Shown here: positions 22,093 to 32,637 of the stretch, one piece after another
Layout: each line of letters starts with the position of its first letter
How positions within the stretch are numbered: position 1 is the stretch's first letter
DNA from: Burkholderiaceae bacterium
GTDB lineage: Bacteria; Pseudomonadota; Gammaproteobacteria; Burkholderiales; Burkholderiaceae_B
Direction: 5' to 3'
NCBI GenBank assembly: GCA_007116135.1
Contig: SKIZ01000124.1
Coordinates: 1-61,587, forward strand
Length of the DNA: 61,587 nucleotides
Notes under the pieces: model-generated
What the model was told of the DNA's origin: nothing
What the model saw: the letters and a program-made list of their open reading frames with translations, nothing else
Databases searched by the model: none
Made by a program: the position numbers and the translations under genes

Positions 22093-23543
22093 GTTGGGAA
22101 ATCGTCATCGGGCTAGAGACACACGTCCAGTTAAAGACCCACAGCAAGATTTTCTCGGGTAGCGCCACGCGTTATGGTGCCAAGCCCAATACGCAGGCCA
22201 ATGAGGTCGACATGGCGCTACCTGGCTCGTTGCCGGTGTTGAACCGGCAAGCCGTTGCCCACGCGATTCGTTTCGGCTTAGCTGTCGGCGCGCAGATTGC
22301 GCCTACCTCGGTTTTTGCGCGCAAGAATTACTTCTACCCGGATTTGCCAAAGAATTACCAAATCAGCCAATACGAAATCCCCGTGGTCTCAGGTGGCCAG
22401 CTCGCGTGCTTAGTGGGCGATGAGCTGCGCACCTTTGCCTTGACTCGCGCGCATCTGGAAGAAGATGCCGGCAAATCAATCCACGAGAACTTCACCGATA
22501 CGCACGGCAAGCCGTGCTCGGGCATTGATTTAAACCGGGCTGGCACACCACTATTGGAAATCGTCTCCGAGCCTGACATGCGCTGCGCAGCCGAGGCCGT
22601 CGCGTACGCGCGCGCACTGCACGCACTCGTTGTCTGGCTTGGAATTTGCGATGGCAACATGCAAGAAGGCTCATTTCGCATTGACGCCAACGTTTCCGTG
22701 CGGCCCAAAGGTCAGGCGCAATTTGGCACGCGAACCGAGACCAAGAACGTCAACTCATTTCGTTTTCTCGAACGTGCCATCCTCTTTGAGGTGCAACGCC
22801 AAATCGAATTGATCGAGGATGGCGGGACCGTTGTGCAGGAAACCCGACTCTATGACGCCGATCGTGACGAAACCCGCAGTATGCGCAGCAAAGAAGACGC
22901 GCACGACTATCGCTACTTTCCTGACCCAGACTTGCCTGCTCTGGTCATTAGCGCGGACTGGATTGAGGCGGTGCGCGCCGAGATGCCAGAGCTGCCAGAT
23001 CAGATGCGCCAACGGTTTAGCCAGCAATTTGAGCTTGGTACCACCGAGGCCGCCCAAATCTGTCAGGATCCGGCGCTCGCGCAGTACTTTGAGGCAGTGG
23101 CCAGCGAGCTACCCGCGGGCCAGGCAAAACTTGCTGCCAACTGGCTCATGGGTGAGCTCGCCGCCGCGCTAAACCGTGACGGCATTGCGCTTGACGCCTG
23201 CCCGGTTGAACCCTCAAGGCTTGCCGGTCTTCTGAAGCGAATTATTGATGGCACGATTTCAAACAAAATCGCCCGTGACGTGTTTGCACAGATGTGGTCC
23301 GAGCCCCAACAAGATGCCGATCAAATCATCGAGTCCAAAGGACTTAAGCAAATTAGTGACTCGGGGGCCATTGGCGCCATGGTCGATGAGGTTCTGGCCA
23401 ACCACCCCGCGGTGGTTCAGGAATATCGTGAGGGCAAGCAAAAAGCCTTTAATTCGCTAGTCGGTCAGGTCATGAAACTAGCCAAAGGCAAAGCCAATCC
23501 GGCCCAGGTCAATGCGCTACTGAAAGAGCGGCTCGAGAAGTAG
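22089..23543 (+). CDS. gatB: Asp/Glu-tRNA amidotransferase subunit B
   Basis: [38 protein letters not shown]. Confidence 0.98.
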   Translation: MSWEIVIGLETHVQLKTHSKIFSGSATRYGAKPNTQANEVDMALPGSLPVLNRQAVAHAIRFGLAVGAQIAPTSVFARKNYFYPDLPKNYQISQYEIPVVSGGQLACLVGDELRTFALTRAHLEEDAGKSIHENFTDTHGKPCSGIDLNRAGTPLLEIVSEPDMRCAAEAVAYARALHALVVWLGICDGNMQEGSFRIDANVSVRPKGQAQFGTRTETKNVNSFRFLERAILFEVQRQIELIEDGGTVVQETRLYDADRDETRSMRSKEDAHDYRYFPDPDLPALVISADWIEAVRAEMPELPDQMRQRFSQQFELGTTEAAQICQDPALAQYFEAVASELPAGQAKLAANWLMGELAAALNRDGIALDACPVEPSRLAGLLKRIIDGTISNKIARDVFAQMWSEPQQDADQIIESKGLKQISDSGAIGAMVDEVLANHPAVVQEYREGKQKAFNSLVGQVMKLAKGKANPAQVNALLKERLEK

Positions 23544-23600
23544 GTGGTTTGGCTGTTTCAGTTGGTTCGATCGGGTCAGCCCGCTGCCTGACCCGCTGAC

Positions 23601-24281
23601 CTAAATCCCGTAGCGCGCCCGATACGCCTTAACTGCTGCCTCGTATTGCGAGAAGGTCTGGTGTGTCGCAATCAGCGCAAGGATGTCCTCTAGATTCGCG
23701 ATTGCTACCACCGGTATGCCATGCATTTGGCTCACCTCCTGGACTGCGGAGTGCGCTGACAGCGCATCGTCAGGCCCAGCACGCTCCATACGGTCAAGCG
23801 CAATTAACACCGCTACTGGCTTGGCTCCCGATTGACTGATGATGTCTACCGATTCGTTAACCGACGTTCCAGCGGTAATGACATCATCGATAATGACCAC
23901 GTTGCCCTGCAGTGGCGCACCCACAAGTACACCGCCCTCGCCGTGTGCCTTGACCTCCTTGCGGTTAAAGGCGAACGGCACCGATGGCTGCGACGCCCCC
24001 CGGCGCGCCGACAACGCAATGGCCGCCGTTGTCGCCAAGGGAATGCCTTTGTAGGCAGGCCCGAACAACATATCGAACTCGATGCCGGCATCAATAAGCG
24101 CTTGTGCGTAAAATTCCCCAAGTCGTGCCACACTGGCGCCGTGATTGAATAACCCAGCATTGAAAAAGTAAGGACTCAGACGACCAGACTTGGTCATGAA
24201 CTCGCCGAATCGTAAGACGCGCTCTTGGAGCGCAAATTCAACAAAAGATTGACGACTGTACGACTCGGATGAAAGGCTCAT
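23601..24281 (-). CDS. pyrE: Orotate phosphoribosyltransferase
   Basis: KSGRLSPYFFNAG, LFGPAYKGIP, FNRKE.K.HGEGG, VIIDDVITAGTS. Confidence 0.97.
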   Translation of the reverse strand: MSLSSESYSRQSFVEFALQERVLRFGEFMTKSGRLSPYFFNAGLFNHGASVARLGEFYAQALIDAGIEFDMLFGPAYKGIPLATTAAIALSARRGASQPSVPFAFNRKEVKAHGEGGVLVGAPLQGNVVIIDDVITAGTSVNESVDIISQSGAKPVAVLIALDRMERAGPDDALSAHSAVQEVSQMHGIPVVAIANLEDILALIATHQTFSQYEAAVKAYRARYGI

Positions 24282-24335
24282 GAAGGAATTCCTGTAGACC
24301 GCCGGTTAAATACTCGCAACAAAATTATCGCATCG

Positions 24336-25160
24336 ATGGAGGCAAGCTTGCTTCGAGTCACATCTCTAAACGTCAATGGGCTGCGCTCAGCCTTTCGCAA
24401 AGGCTTTAATCAATGGCTCGAGTCAGCCAAACCTGATGTCGTTTGCTTGCAGGAAGTCAAAGCGCAAGAGCCCGATCTGTCTGACGAGCTACTGGCGCCA
24501 ACACCCTACGAAGGTCACTTTCACTATGCCGAAAAAAAGGGCTACAGCGGCGTAGGCATCTACACGCGACATCAACCCGAGACGGTTCGCGCTGGGCTGG
24601 GTATCGAGGCGTTTGATCGTGAAGGCCGCTTAGTCTGCGCGCAATGGCCCAGCCTGACCATCATCAGCGCCTACTTGCCCTCGGGCTCAAGCGGCCAGGC
24701 GCGTCAAGACGTCAAAATGCAGTTTCTAGATGCCTTGACGCCGTGGCTCAAAGACTTGATTGCAACCCATCGCCGCAGCGGCCATGAGTTCATTATCTGT
24801 GGCGACTGGAACATTGCCCACAAGGAAATTGACCTTAAAAACTGGCGCGGCAATCGCAAGAACTCGGGCTTTTTGCCTGAAGAGCGTCAGTGGCTGACAC
24901 AGGTTTTTGATGACATCGGTTTCGTTGACGTTTTTCGTAAACTCGAGCCCGGTGAAGATCACTACACCTGGTGGAGCAATCGCGGCCAGGCTTGGGCTAA
25001 AAATGTTGGCTGGCGAATCGACTATCAGATCGCCACGCCTGGCATTGCTGCCAAGGCCAAGCGGGCTGAAATCTACAAAGAGCAGCGCTTCTCCGATCAT
25101 GCGCCGCTGACCATTGACTATGGCTTTGATCTGACCCAAAGCACCGAAGGCACGCCATGA
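24336..25160 (+). CDS. xth: Exodeoxyribonuclease III / AP endonuclease
   Basis: LNVNGLR, CLQE, GYSGV, GDWNIAH, YTWWS, GWRIDY, SDHAP. Confidence 0.93.
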   Translation: MEASLLRVTSLNVNGLRSAFRKGFNQWLESAKPDVVCLQEVKAQEPDLSDELLAPTPYEGHFHYAEKKGYSGVGIYTRHQPETVRAGLGIEAFDREGRLVCAQWPSLTIISAYLPSGSSGQARQDVKMQFLDALTPWLKDLIATHRRSGHEFIICGDWNIAHKEIDLKNWRGNRKNSGFLPEERQWLTQVFDDIGFVDVFRKLEPGEDHYTWWSNRGQAWAKNVGWRIDYQIATPGIAAKAKRAEIYKEQRFSDHAPLTIDYGFDLTQSTEGTP

Positions 25161-26029
25161 CCGATGCATTAAAACCCAATGGTCCGATCTTGTTGGTCAC
25201 CGACTTAAGCCCGCGTTGCGACCGCGCCCTGGATCGTGCCGCGCTATTGGCACATCAACACGGCCTTGACCTTATCGCCTTGCACGTGATTCAGACCGCG
25301 TGGCTAGACAAAGTGGCCAAGCCTGCTTGGCGCGCGCGCGAACAAGACCAACAGGCGCAGGCACAAAAGCGTCTAGCCCAAGATCTGGGTGCCCAACCGA
25401 TCGACATCAAGGTCATGGTTCAAAGTGGTGACCCGGCAGAGGTCATCGATCAGGTTGCGCGCGAGCAAGGTTGCAGCCTAATTGTCAGTGGCACGGCGCG
25501 CGATGAGACACTCGGGCGGGTGCTACTAGGTGGCACGGTGCAGCGCCTGACGCAACGCGCAACCCAACCCGTACTGGTGGTGCGCAAACGCCCATTCAAA
25601 GCCTACGAGCACGTGTTGCTTGCCACTGATTTTTCAGCCGGTTCAGCGCAAGCCCTCAGCACAGCGCGACAGTTTTGCGGGCACGGGTCATTGACGCTTT
25701 ATCACGCCCTCGATGAGGTGGCTGGGATTTATGCACTAGACCAAGCCGATAGTGACGCGCCAATCGACCGTGCCCGCCAATCACTGCTGGACTTCTATCG
25801 AGCCAATACCGGTGAGCGCGCACCAGATCATCTAGAAGTCATTGTTCAAGCAGGTCGAGCCGAAACCTGCTTGCCCGAATTATGCGAGCAAGGGCCCTTC
25901 GATCTGGTGGTGCTTGGCACGGGCGGCAGCGCTGGCTTAGTTGGCCGCGCCATGGGCAGTGTTGCTCAGAGCCTGCTTGCCGAGTTGCGCGGTGATGTCA
26001 TGGTCGTGCCGGCTCAGGCGAGTCACTAG
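25157..26029 (+). CDS. Tandem universal stress protein
   Basis: Two USP domains: ILLVTDLS...LLGGTV...PVLVV and VLLATDFS...MGSVA...DVMVV. Confidence 0.9.
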   Translation: MTDALKPNGPILLVTDLSPRCDRALDRAALLAHQHGLDLIALHVIQTAWLDKVAKPAWRAREQDQQAQAQKRLAQDLGAQPIDIKVMVQSGDPAEVIDQVAREQGCSLIVSGTARDETLGRVLLGGTVQRLTQRATQPVLVVRKRPFKAYEHVLLATDFSAGSAQALSTARQFCGHGSLTLYHALDEVAGIYALDQADSDAPIDRARQSLLDFYRANTGERAPDHLEVIVQAGRAETCLPELCEQGPFDLVVLGTGGSAGLVGRAMGSVAQSLLAELRGDVMVVPAQASH

Positions 26030-27284
26030 GGCTTTGCTCTTGGGTCTGAACCTGCTGGTCAAGCGCCTCGATTTCCCGACGTCTGCGCCACAGCAACCAA
26101 ATGCCCGGCAACGCGATCAACACAGTCAAGGCAAAAAAGGTGGGCCAACCAAAGGCCTCTACCAAGGGCGGGGTCAATGGCCCGGCCAGATAGGTTCGAC
26201 CGACAGCCGATAGCGCCGAGAGCAAGGCGAACTGTGTGGCTGAAAACTGTTGGTTACATAGAGCCATCAACAGCGCCACGAACGCGGCAGTGCCCATGCC
26301 ACCACACAAATTCTCAAGACCAACACCAAACGCCATGAGCCAGATGCTTTTAGGGCCAACCGCAATGAGCCAATAACCAAAATTGGATACTGCCTGCAAA
26401 ATGCCAAACAACATCAGCGAGCGATACAGACCCAATCGGGTCATCAATGCCCCGCCGAGCAGGGCACCAAAGATGGTGGCCACAAGACCTAGTAGTTTAT
26501 TGACGGTACCCACTTCGGTTGGCGAGTAACCCGCGCCCCGAATCAAGAAGGTCGTCGATAGCGCACCGGCAAATGCATCGCCCAATTTGTAAAGCACGAT
26601 CAAGAGCAACAAGGTCCAGACCTCGGGGCGCGCAAAGAACTCTTTAAAGGGCTCGACCACCGCACTGCGAAGCGACACGGGCGCCACAGCCGGATGCTCA
26701 GGCTCTGGTGCCAAAAGGGTCGCGATGATGGTCAGCAGCATCAAGCCGCCCATGAGCGCGTACATTCGTCCCCAGCCTAGCCATTGATCGGCGATGATCA
26801 GTGCCAAGCCCCCCGAGACGAGCATGGCCACGCGGAAACCCAAAACCGACAGTGCCGCACCGGCGCCACGCTCGCGCGGTCGCAATACATCGGTGCGGTA
26901 AGCATCAAACGCAATATCCTGGGTGGCTGACAAAAACGCCACAAAGACCGCCAACAAAGCCAACGGACCAAGCGACTCGCCCGGTGATAACAGGCCCATG
27001 GCCACCATGCCCAAAGCCAGCAGCAACTGAGTCAGGACCATCCAGCCGCGGCGACGCCCCAATAACGGCGGCACATAGCGATCGACTAACGGCGCCCAGA
27101 GGAACTTCAAGGTATATGCCGATCCCACGAGCGTGAGAAAGCCAATCTCTTGCAAAGACACGTTCTCAACCGTGGCCCAAGCCTGCAAGGTCCCACCGGT
27201 GAGTGCTAGAGGCAAGCCACTGGCAAATCCCAGTATCAAAAGCGGGTAGACGCGGTAGCCGAAGTAGACGCTCGCTAGTTTCAC
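25998..27284 (-). CDS. ampG: Muropeptide MFS transporter AmpG
   Basis: LGFASGLPLAL, KFLWAPLVD, GRRRGW, SATQDIAFDAY, YKLGDAF, SATQFALLS; GTG overlaps the metW stop. Confidence 0.93.
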   Translation of the reverse strand: MKLASVYFGYRVYPLLILGFASGLPLALTGGTLQAWATVENVSLQEIGFLTLVGSAYTLKFLWAPLVDRYVPPLLGRRRGWMVLTQLLLALGMVAMGLLSPGESLGPLALLAVFVAFLSATQDIAFDAYRTDVLRPRERGAGAALSVLGFRVAMLVSGGLALIIADQWLGWGRMYALMGGLMLLTIIATLLAPEPEHPAVAPVSLRSAVVEPFKEFFARPEVWTLLLLIVLYKLGDAFAGALSTTFLIRGAGYSPTEVGTVNKLLGLVATIFGALLGGALMTRLGLYRSLMLFGILQAVSNFGYWLIAVGPKSIWLMAFGVGLENLCGGMGTAAFVALLMALCNQQFSATQFALLSALSAVGRTYLAGPLTPPLVEAFGWPTFFALTVLIALPGIWLLWRRRREIEALDQQVQTQEQSPSDSPEPARP

Positions 27285-27901
27285 AGGGAGCCACCTGCAG
27301 TGTGACTTTGTTTGGTAAAGCGATAGAGCGCCAACGTGGTGCGCCAACTCGCAAGCCACCGAACCTCGGCACTCGGACTAAAGGTCACGCGCTCTAGAAT
27401 GGTCAATCCCAGCTTTGCGCACAAGTCCTCGAAATCCTTCAAGGTGCACAGGTGAATATTGGGCGTGTTGTACCACGCATATGGCATTTGGCCCGTCACT
27501 GGCATGCGGCCACGCAAGATCGACCAACCATGTGGCCAATAACCAAAGTTTGGAAAGGACACAACACCGGTTCGCCCAACGCGCACCATTTCTCGCAGCA
27601 CGTGCTCGGTTTGACGAACGGCCTGCAATGTCTGCGACAGCACCACGGTGTCAAACTGTTGGTCGCCAAACAGTGCCAAGCCTTCATCGAGGTTTTGTTG
27701 AACCACTTCGACGCCACGCTCAACGCAAGCGATGACGCGCTCATCGCTTATTTCGACCCCGACACCGCGTGTTTGCCGCACATCGCGCAAATACCCGAGC
27801 AAGGCACCATCACCGCAGCCTAGATCGAGCACGCGGGTACCGGGCTCAACCCAACGCCCGATCCGCTCAAAATCACGACGAACCCCATTGTCACGCGCCA
27901 T
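27281..27901 (-). CDS. metW: Methionine biosynthesis protein MetW
   Basis: [41 protein letters not shown]. Confidence 0.95.
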   Translation of the reverse strand: MARDNGVRRDFERIGRWVEPGTRVLDLGCGDGALLGYLRDVRQTRGVGVEISDERVIACVERGVEVVQQNLDEGLALFGDQQFDTVVLSQTLQAVRQTEHVLREMVRVGRTGVVSFPNFGYWPHGWSILRGRMPVTGQMPYAWYNTPNIHLCTLKDFEDLCAKLGLTILERVTFSPSAEVRWLASWRTTLALYRFTKQSHTAGGSL

Positions 27902-29096
27902 GAGCGCCAACCTCTTTGGCAATACGCTTGAAATACTCTCTCACAACGGCATGATAGCGGTGATCATCGAGCAAAAATGCGTCGTGTCCGTGTGGGGCAT
28001 CGATTTCGGCGTAGGTCACCGCTGCTGCGTTGTTTAAAAGCGCCTTGACGATCTCGCGCGAACGCGCCGGCGGAAATCGCCAATCGGTCGAAAACGACAC
28101 CAACAGGAATTTCGCCAAAGCCGGGGCCAAGGCGCGCGCCAAATCACCCTGCGTGTGGCGCGCAGGATCAAAATAATCGAGGGCACGCGTGATCAGCAAA
28201 TAGGTATTGGCATCAAAATACTTGGAAAACTTCTCGCCTTGATAGCGCAGGTAAGACTCGACTTCAAACTCGACGTCGTAACCAAAGCGCCATTCGCCAT
28301 CGGCTGTTGGTGCTCGCAACGCACGACCGAATTTCTCCGCCATGTCATCATCAGACAGATAGGTAATGTGTCCGATCATGCGCGCGACCGCCAGGCCATG
28401 CTTGGGCACAACCCCATGGGCGTAGTAGTCACCGCCATGAAATTGAGGGTCAGTCATGATGGCGCGCCGAGCGACTTCATTAAAGCCAATGTTTTGCGCT
28501 GAGAGCATCGGGGTACTGGCGATCACCACGCAGTGTGCCACCCGATCAGGACACGTAATCGACCAGCTCAAAGCCTGCATACCGCCAAGAGAGCCCCCCA
28601 TGACAGCGGCAAACTTTTTGATGCCCAGCCGATCAGCCAAGCGCGCCTGAGCCATCACCCAATCCTCGACGGTGATGACGGGGAAGGCCGCACCCCAAGG
28701 CTTGCCGGTCTCTGGTCTGATGCTCGCAGGTCCCGTGGAACCAAAGCACGAGCCGATGTTGTTGACACCGATGACAAAGAAATGGTTGGTATCAACGGGT
28801 TTGCCTGGTCCGACCATGTTGTCCCACCAGCCCAGCTCAGCGGGGTCATCGGCATCGATGCCGGCGACATGGTGCGAGGCGTTAAGCGCATGGCAAATGA
28901 GCACGGCATTGGAGCGATCAGCGTTAAGCTCGCCATACGTTTGCACGGCCAACGTATAGGGGCCTAGTTCTTGACCGCTGGCTAGGGAAAGCGGCTCTTG
29001 AAAGTCAAAAAGTTGGGTATGCACCATACCGACTGAACCCGTGCGAGCGGGCGTGTCGTCAGGCTGTGGCGGCGCAGTGTCAGATGAATTGATCAC
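27891..29096 (-). CDS. metX: Homoserine O-acyltransferase MetX (acetyl vs succinyl specificity not determinable here)
   Basis: [44 protein letters not shown]. Confidence 0.95.
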   Translation of the reverse strand: MINSSDTAPPQPDDTPARTGSVGMVHTQLFDFQEPLSLASGQELGPYTLAVQTYGELNADRSNAVLICHALNASHHVAGIDADDPAELGWWDNMVGPGKPVDTNHFFVIGVNNIGSCFGSTGPASIRPETGKPWGAAFPVITVEDWVMAQARLADRLGIKKFAAVMGGSLGGMQALSWSITCPDRVAHCVVIASTPMLSAQNIGFNEVARRAIMTDPQFHGGDYYAHGVVPKHGLAVARMIGHITYLSDDDMAEKFGRALRAPTADGEWRFGYDVEFEVESYLRYQGEKFSKYFDANTYLLITRALDYFDPARHTQGDLARALAPALAKFLLVSFSTDWRFPPARSREIVKALLNNAAAVTYAEIDAPHGHDAFLLDDHRYHAVVREYFKRIAKEVGAHGA

Positions 29097-29101
29097 AAAA
29101 G

Positions 29102-29157
29102 ACCTCTTTAGCTGGTTTTATTAGGCGCCCGCAAGCGGATCAGGCAAATCGGCGCAA
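29102..29157 (-). promoter_or_regulatory. SAM-II-like riboswitch upstream of metX
   Basis: Minus strand reads GCGCC GAUUUG..CCGCUUGC GGGCGC ..AUAAA.. AGCUAAAGAGG, i.e. P1 stem, GAUUU loop and GCUAAA followed by the SD just before the metX GTG. Confidence 0.85.
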
Positions 29158-29187
29158 AGTCACTAAAAGTGTACCACCAAGGCCGGC

Positions 29188-30078
29188 TCAAACCGCTTGG
29201 CTAAACCACAGCAAAGCCGGCGCAAACACCAGGAAAGCCAGCGTCGAAATCAATACGGCGCCTGCAGCCACATCGCCGGCTCGCCCGTGCAGGCGCGCAA
29301 ACAAGTAACTGTTCACCGCGCACGGCATAAGCAACTGCAGCGCGATGGGTGCAAAGATTCGAAACTCCGGCAGTGCCAGCCATAGCAGCAACGCCGCCAT
29401 CAACCCGCTGCCATAGCGCACCAGGGCGACGCCTGCGCCTTGAGTCAAACCCGAACGCGGCAAGCCAACTAGGCTGTAGCCCAACGTGAGCAGCATCAGC
29501 GGCACTGCCAGACTGCCCACAAGATGGGCGCTGTCGACTGGCCACTGGGGCAATGTCACGTCGGCTGCACGCAGTGCTAAGCCCGCGAGCACGGCCCAGA
29601 CCACTGGTTGGCGCCACACCTGACCCATCGAGCCGGTTAACCAACGCAAACCAAGCGTAAAGCTAAGCAACGAAGACACCGTAAAGAAGGCGATCGCAAC
29701 GGTTAAGCCCTCTAGACCAAAGGCCAACTCAGCCATCGGCAAACCGAGGTTACCGGCGTTTGGAATCCAGGCGGTCTGACCAAGATCGCGACCAGACAGT
29801 TTCAAGAGCCGCAACAGCCAGGCGGCAAGCACACCTGCGACCAAAAGTGCCGCTGTTGACCACACGAGGACCTCAAAAACGTCGCCCACAGTCAGTGGCG
29901 AGACCATCAAGGTATGAAAAACCAATGCCGGAATGGCCACGTAGGTCACGAGTTTGGAGACAAAATCAGTTGCAAACGGCTGCCCGCAGCGCCCCCAGGC
30001 CACGCCAATGCCCACGCACACCACCAGGGGCGCTAACCAGACCCACATTGAGAAGTAAGCTGCAGCGAACTGACTCAT
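29188..30078 (-). CDS. AEC (auxin efflux carrier)-family transporter
   Basis: About 10 TM segments; YVAIPALVF, PNAGNLGLP...AFG, VPLMLLTLG, MPCAVNSYLFA. Confidence 0.88.
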   Translation of the reverse strand: MSQFAAAYFSMWVWLAPLVVCVGIGVAWGRCGQPFATDFVSKLVTYVAIPALVFHTLMVSPLTVGDVFEVLVWSTAALLVAGVLAAWLLRLLKLSGRDLGQTAWIPNAGNLGLPMAELAFGLEGLTVAIAFFTVSSLLSFTLGLRWLTGSMGQVWRQPVVWAVLAGLALRAADVTLPQWPVDSAHLVGSLAVPLMLLTLGYSLVGLPRSGLTQGAGVALVRYGSGLMAALLLWLALPEFRIFAPIALQLLMPCAVNSYLFARLHGRAGDVAAGAVLISTLAFLVFAPALLWFSQAV

Positions 30079-30189
30079 CACCGATCAAATGTAAAAAAAC
30101 GTTACAGGGATATTGCGAATTAACAAACGGGCAAACAGTCGTCAAACTGATAACGGTTTCGATTCTTGCAGTCAGTAGAGGTGAATCAC

Positions 30190-30420
30190 ATGACACACAT
30201 CCCACTAACCGGACGCGAGCTGCAATGTCTGGCTTGGGTGTCACGCGGCAAAACAAGCTGGGAAACAGCCACGATACTCGGATTAAGCGAGCGAACCGTG
30301 AACTTTCACCTGTGTAACGCGAGTCGCAAACTCAACGTCTACGGCCGCCAGGCTTGCGTGGCTCAGGCGATTCACCTAGGGCTGCTCAAACCGTTTAGCG
30401 CAAGCGTAAAGAACGCATGA
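30190..30420 (+). CDS. Stand-alone LuxR-type HTH regulator (quorum-sensing LuxR C-terminal type)
   Basis: LTGRELQCLAW..GKTSWE.A.ILGLSERTVNFH..NA..KL; SD GAGGT upstream; 76 aa. Confidence 0.85.
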   Translation: MTHIPLTGRELQCLAWVSRGKTSWETATILGLSERTVNFHLCNASRKLNVYGRQACVAQAIHLGLLKPFSASVKNA

Positions 30421-30922
30421 ACTCCTGACCGATCTCATTGGTAAGCGAATCGCTTGGTCCCCAGGCCACCACACGGATGGCGACATCGTAATGGATCAGC
30501 ACTTGAGCAAACATCGTCATGGGCATGTCGCGCGCCTGAGCCTGCAATGTAAAGGCCTCTCCTTCGTATGCCGCCAAGGGTGCCTGCTGACCGATCCCAG
30601 CAGTCAGGGAGTCGACGAGCGAGCGCTGAACGGCCTGGCGCTGCGCCTCAGAGGTGTCCATTGGCAGCTGCGCATGTCCAACCGAAAAAATCGTGTCCTG
30701 CACCTGCGTGCCAGCCAGAACGAACGTCACCTCGATACCGGCGAGCTCCATTTCACGCTCGGCAGACTCGACCTTGCCCGGAAAAGCCATCACGGCCAAA
30801 CCGTCGGCAACTGGTACTTCACGCCAGTTATAGGTCGGATAGCACGCGGCCAGGGCAAGGACTAGCAACAACCCGCTAACTCTCTTGGTACATGCCTGTA
30901 AAACCTCAACAAAAGTAACCAA
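30395..30922 (-). CDS. Hypothetical lipoprotein (start uncertain)
   Basis: KRVSGLLLVLALAAC lipobox followed by YPTYNWREV; no well-placed in-frame ATG. Confidence 0.65.
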   Translation of the reverse strand: MVTFVEVLQACTKRVSGLLLVLALAACYPTYNWREVPVADGLAVMAFPGKVESAEREMELAGIEVTFVLAGTQVQDTIFSVGHAQLPMDTSEAQRQAVQRSLVDSLTAGIGQQAPLAAYEGEAFTLQAQARDMPMTMFAQVLIHYDVAIRVVAWGPSDSLTNEIGQEFMRSLRLR

Positions 30923-31027
30923 TGACTGCCCCTGATCATGTGACGTTGCAAGGTTAGCAACCAGTGCCATCACGTACAATCCAAGATTGACGCGGTAGCC
31001 GCGATAATTTTAATAACGAACCGGGGA

Positions 31028-32602
31028 TTGCGGTTGACCTCAGCCTTGCAAAGTCGTTTAAGCCTATTGCGCCAAGAGACGGGCCTGCTGGCCGATTGCC
31101 TGCGTGGCATCGAGAAGGAAGGCTTGCGTGTCGACCCGCAAGGACACCTGTCAAGCGCACCGCACCCTAGTGCCTTAGGCAGCGCGCTGACGCATCCGAA
31201 CATCACGACTGATTATTCCGAAGCACTCATCGAGTTGATCACCGGCACAGAGCGCAGCCCCGATGGGGTGCTTGAGGCGCTCGATTGGGTCCATCGTGTG
31301 GCTATCGCCGGCATGGGTGAGGAGTTAATCTGGAACCACTCGATGCCCTCGTGGCTGCCGGCTGAAGCGGACATTCCGATCGCCGAATATGGCAGCTCCA
31401 ATAGCGGCATGCTCAAACATGTCTACCGCCGTGGGCTGGCCGTGCGCTACGGCAAGATCATGCAATGTATTGCTGGCTTGCATTACAACTTCTCCTTGCC
31501 CCAAGCGCTCTGGCAGCACAAAGGCCTGTTTGACTTGGCCCCCGATACCGCGCAATCAGAGGGCTATGTCAGCCTGATCCGAAACTTTGTGCGACATAGT
31601 TGGCTCTTGATGTATTTGTTTGGCGCCTCGCCTGCGCTATCAAGTAACTTTCTGCGTGGCCAAGCCGGCATCAAATTGCAAACTTTGGGGCCTGACACCC
31701 ACTACCTGCCCTTTGCGACAAGTCTGCGCATGAGTGACCTGGGCTACCAGAACAAAGCGCAATCCACGCTAAAGCTTTGCTATAACGACTTGCCAGCATT
31801 TCTTGACCGTCTGCACAGCGCGGTCACAACCGCCTGGCCGGCCTACCAAGCGATGGGCACACAACGCGACGGTCAATGGATTCAGCTCAACTGCAATCTG
31901 CTGCAAATCGAAAACGAGTTCTACTCCACCATCCGTCCCAAACGGACCACAGCGCGAGGTGAAAGACCCATCACGGCACTGGCGCAGCGCGGCATTCAAT
32001 ACATTGAGGTTCGGTGCCTTGATATCGATCCATTTGCCCGGCTCGGTATTGCACCAGAGACCGTGCGTTTCATGGACGCATTCTTGTTGTTTTGCGCGCT
32101 CGAACACAGCCCCCTGTTTGGCGAGGATGGTTACTGCACCGAAAGCGCGCAGAACTTTGACCGTGTGGTCATCGAAGGCAGGAAACCCGACTTGGCCTTG
32201 CAACGCGGTGGTGTCCCGGTTGGGCTCTCTGAGTGGGCCAGCCAAGTGCTCGAGCGCATCCACGACTGTGCGGCGCTTTTAGGCGAGCACCTTGGTGACG
32301 GGCACTATTGTGACGCGGTCGTGGCTCAGCAACAAAAGGTTCAAGACGTCAGCCTGACGCCATCGGCACGCATTGTGGCAAACATCGGTGACCACCAACA
32401 ATCATTTCAAGCGTTTGGGCTTGCGACATCACAAGCACATACCGCGCAATTGCGTGCCGCCGGACTAAACCATACGGAAAAAGCGCACGCGCAGAAGCTT
32501 TGTGACTTATCCCTCGCTGAACAGGCGCAGATCGAAGCCAGTGACAGGCTCAGTTTTGCTGAATATGTGCAACAGTTCGACGGCGCATTGCAAAAACCCT
32601 AA
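31028..32602 (+). CDS. gshA: Glutamate--cysteine ligase
   Basis: RGIEKEGLRV, LGSALTHP.ITTDYSEALIE, MQCIAGLHYNFS, ATSLRMSDLGY, QIENEFYS, YIEVRCLD. Confidence 0.97.
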   Translation: MRLTSALQSRLSLLRQETGLLADCLRGIEKEGLRVDPQGHLSSAPHPSALGSALTHPNITTDYSEALIELITGTERSPDGVLEALDWVHRVAIAGMGEELIWNHSMPSWLPAEADIPIAEYGSSNSGMLKHVYRRGLAVRYGKIMQCIAGLHYNFSLPQALWQHKGLFDLAPDTAQSEGYVSLIRNFVRHSWLLMYLFGASPALSSNFLRGQAGIKLQTLGPDTHYLPFATSLRMSDLGYQNKAQSTLKLCYNDLPAFLDRLHSAVTTAWPAYQAMGTQRDGQWIQLNCNLLQIENEFYSTIRPKRTTARGERPITALAQRGIQYIEVRCLDIDPFARLGIAPETVRFMDAFLLFCALEHSPLFGEDGYCTESAQNFDRVVIEGRKPDLALQRGGVPVGLSEWASQVLERIHDCAALLGEHLGDGHYCDAVVAQQQKVQDVSLTPSARIVANIGDHQQSFQAFGLATSQAHTAQLRAAGLNHTEKAHAQKLCDLSLAEQAQIEASDRLSFAEYVQQFDGALQKP

Positions 32603-32637
32603 AAAACCGGGTGCCGATGCAGGCAGGGACTGCGAAA

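Noticed and set aside
23573-23600. GGGTCAG/CTGACCC inverted repeats between gatB and pyrE
   Set aside because: Short stem without a U-tract, and not repeated elsewhere as a REP-like element.
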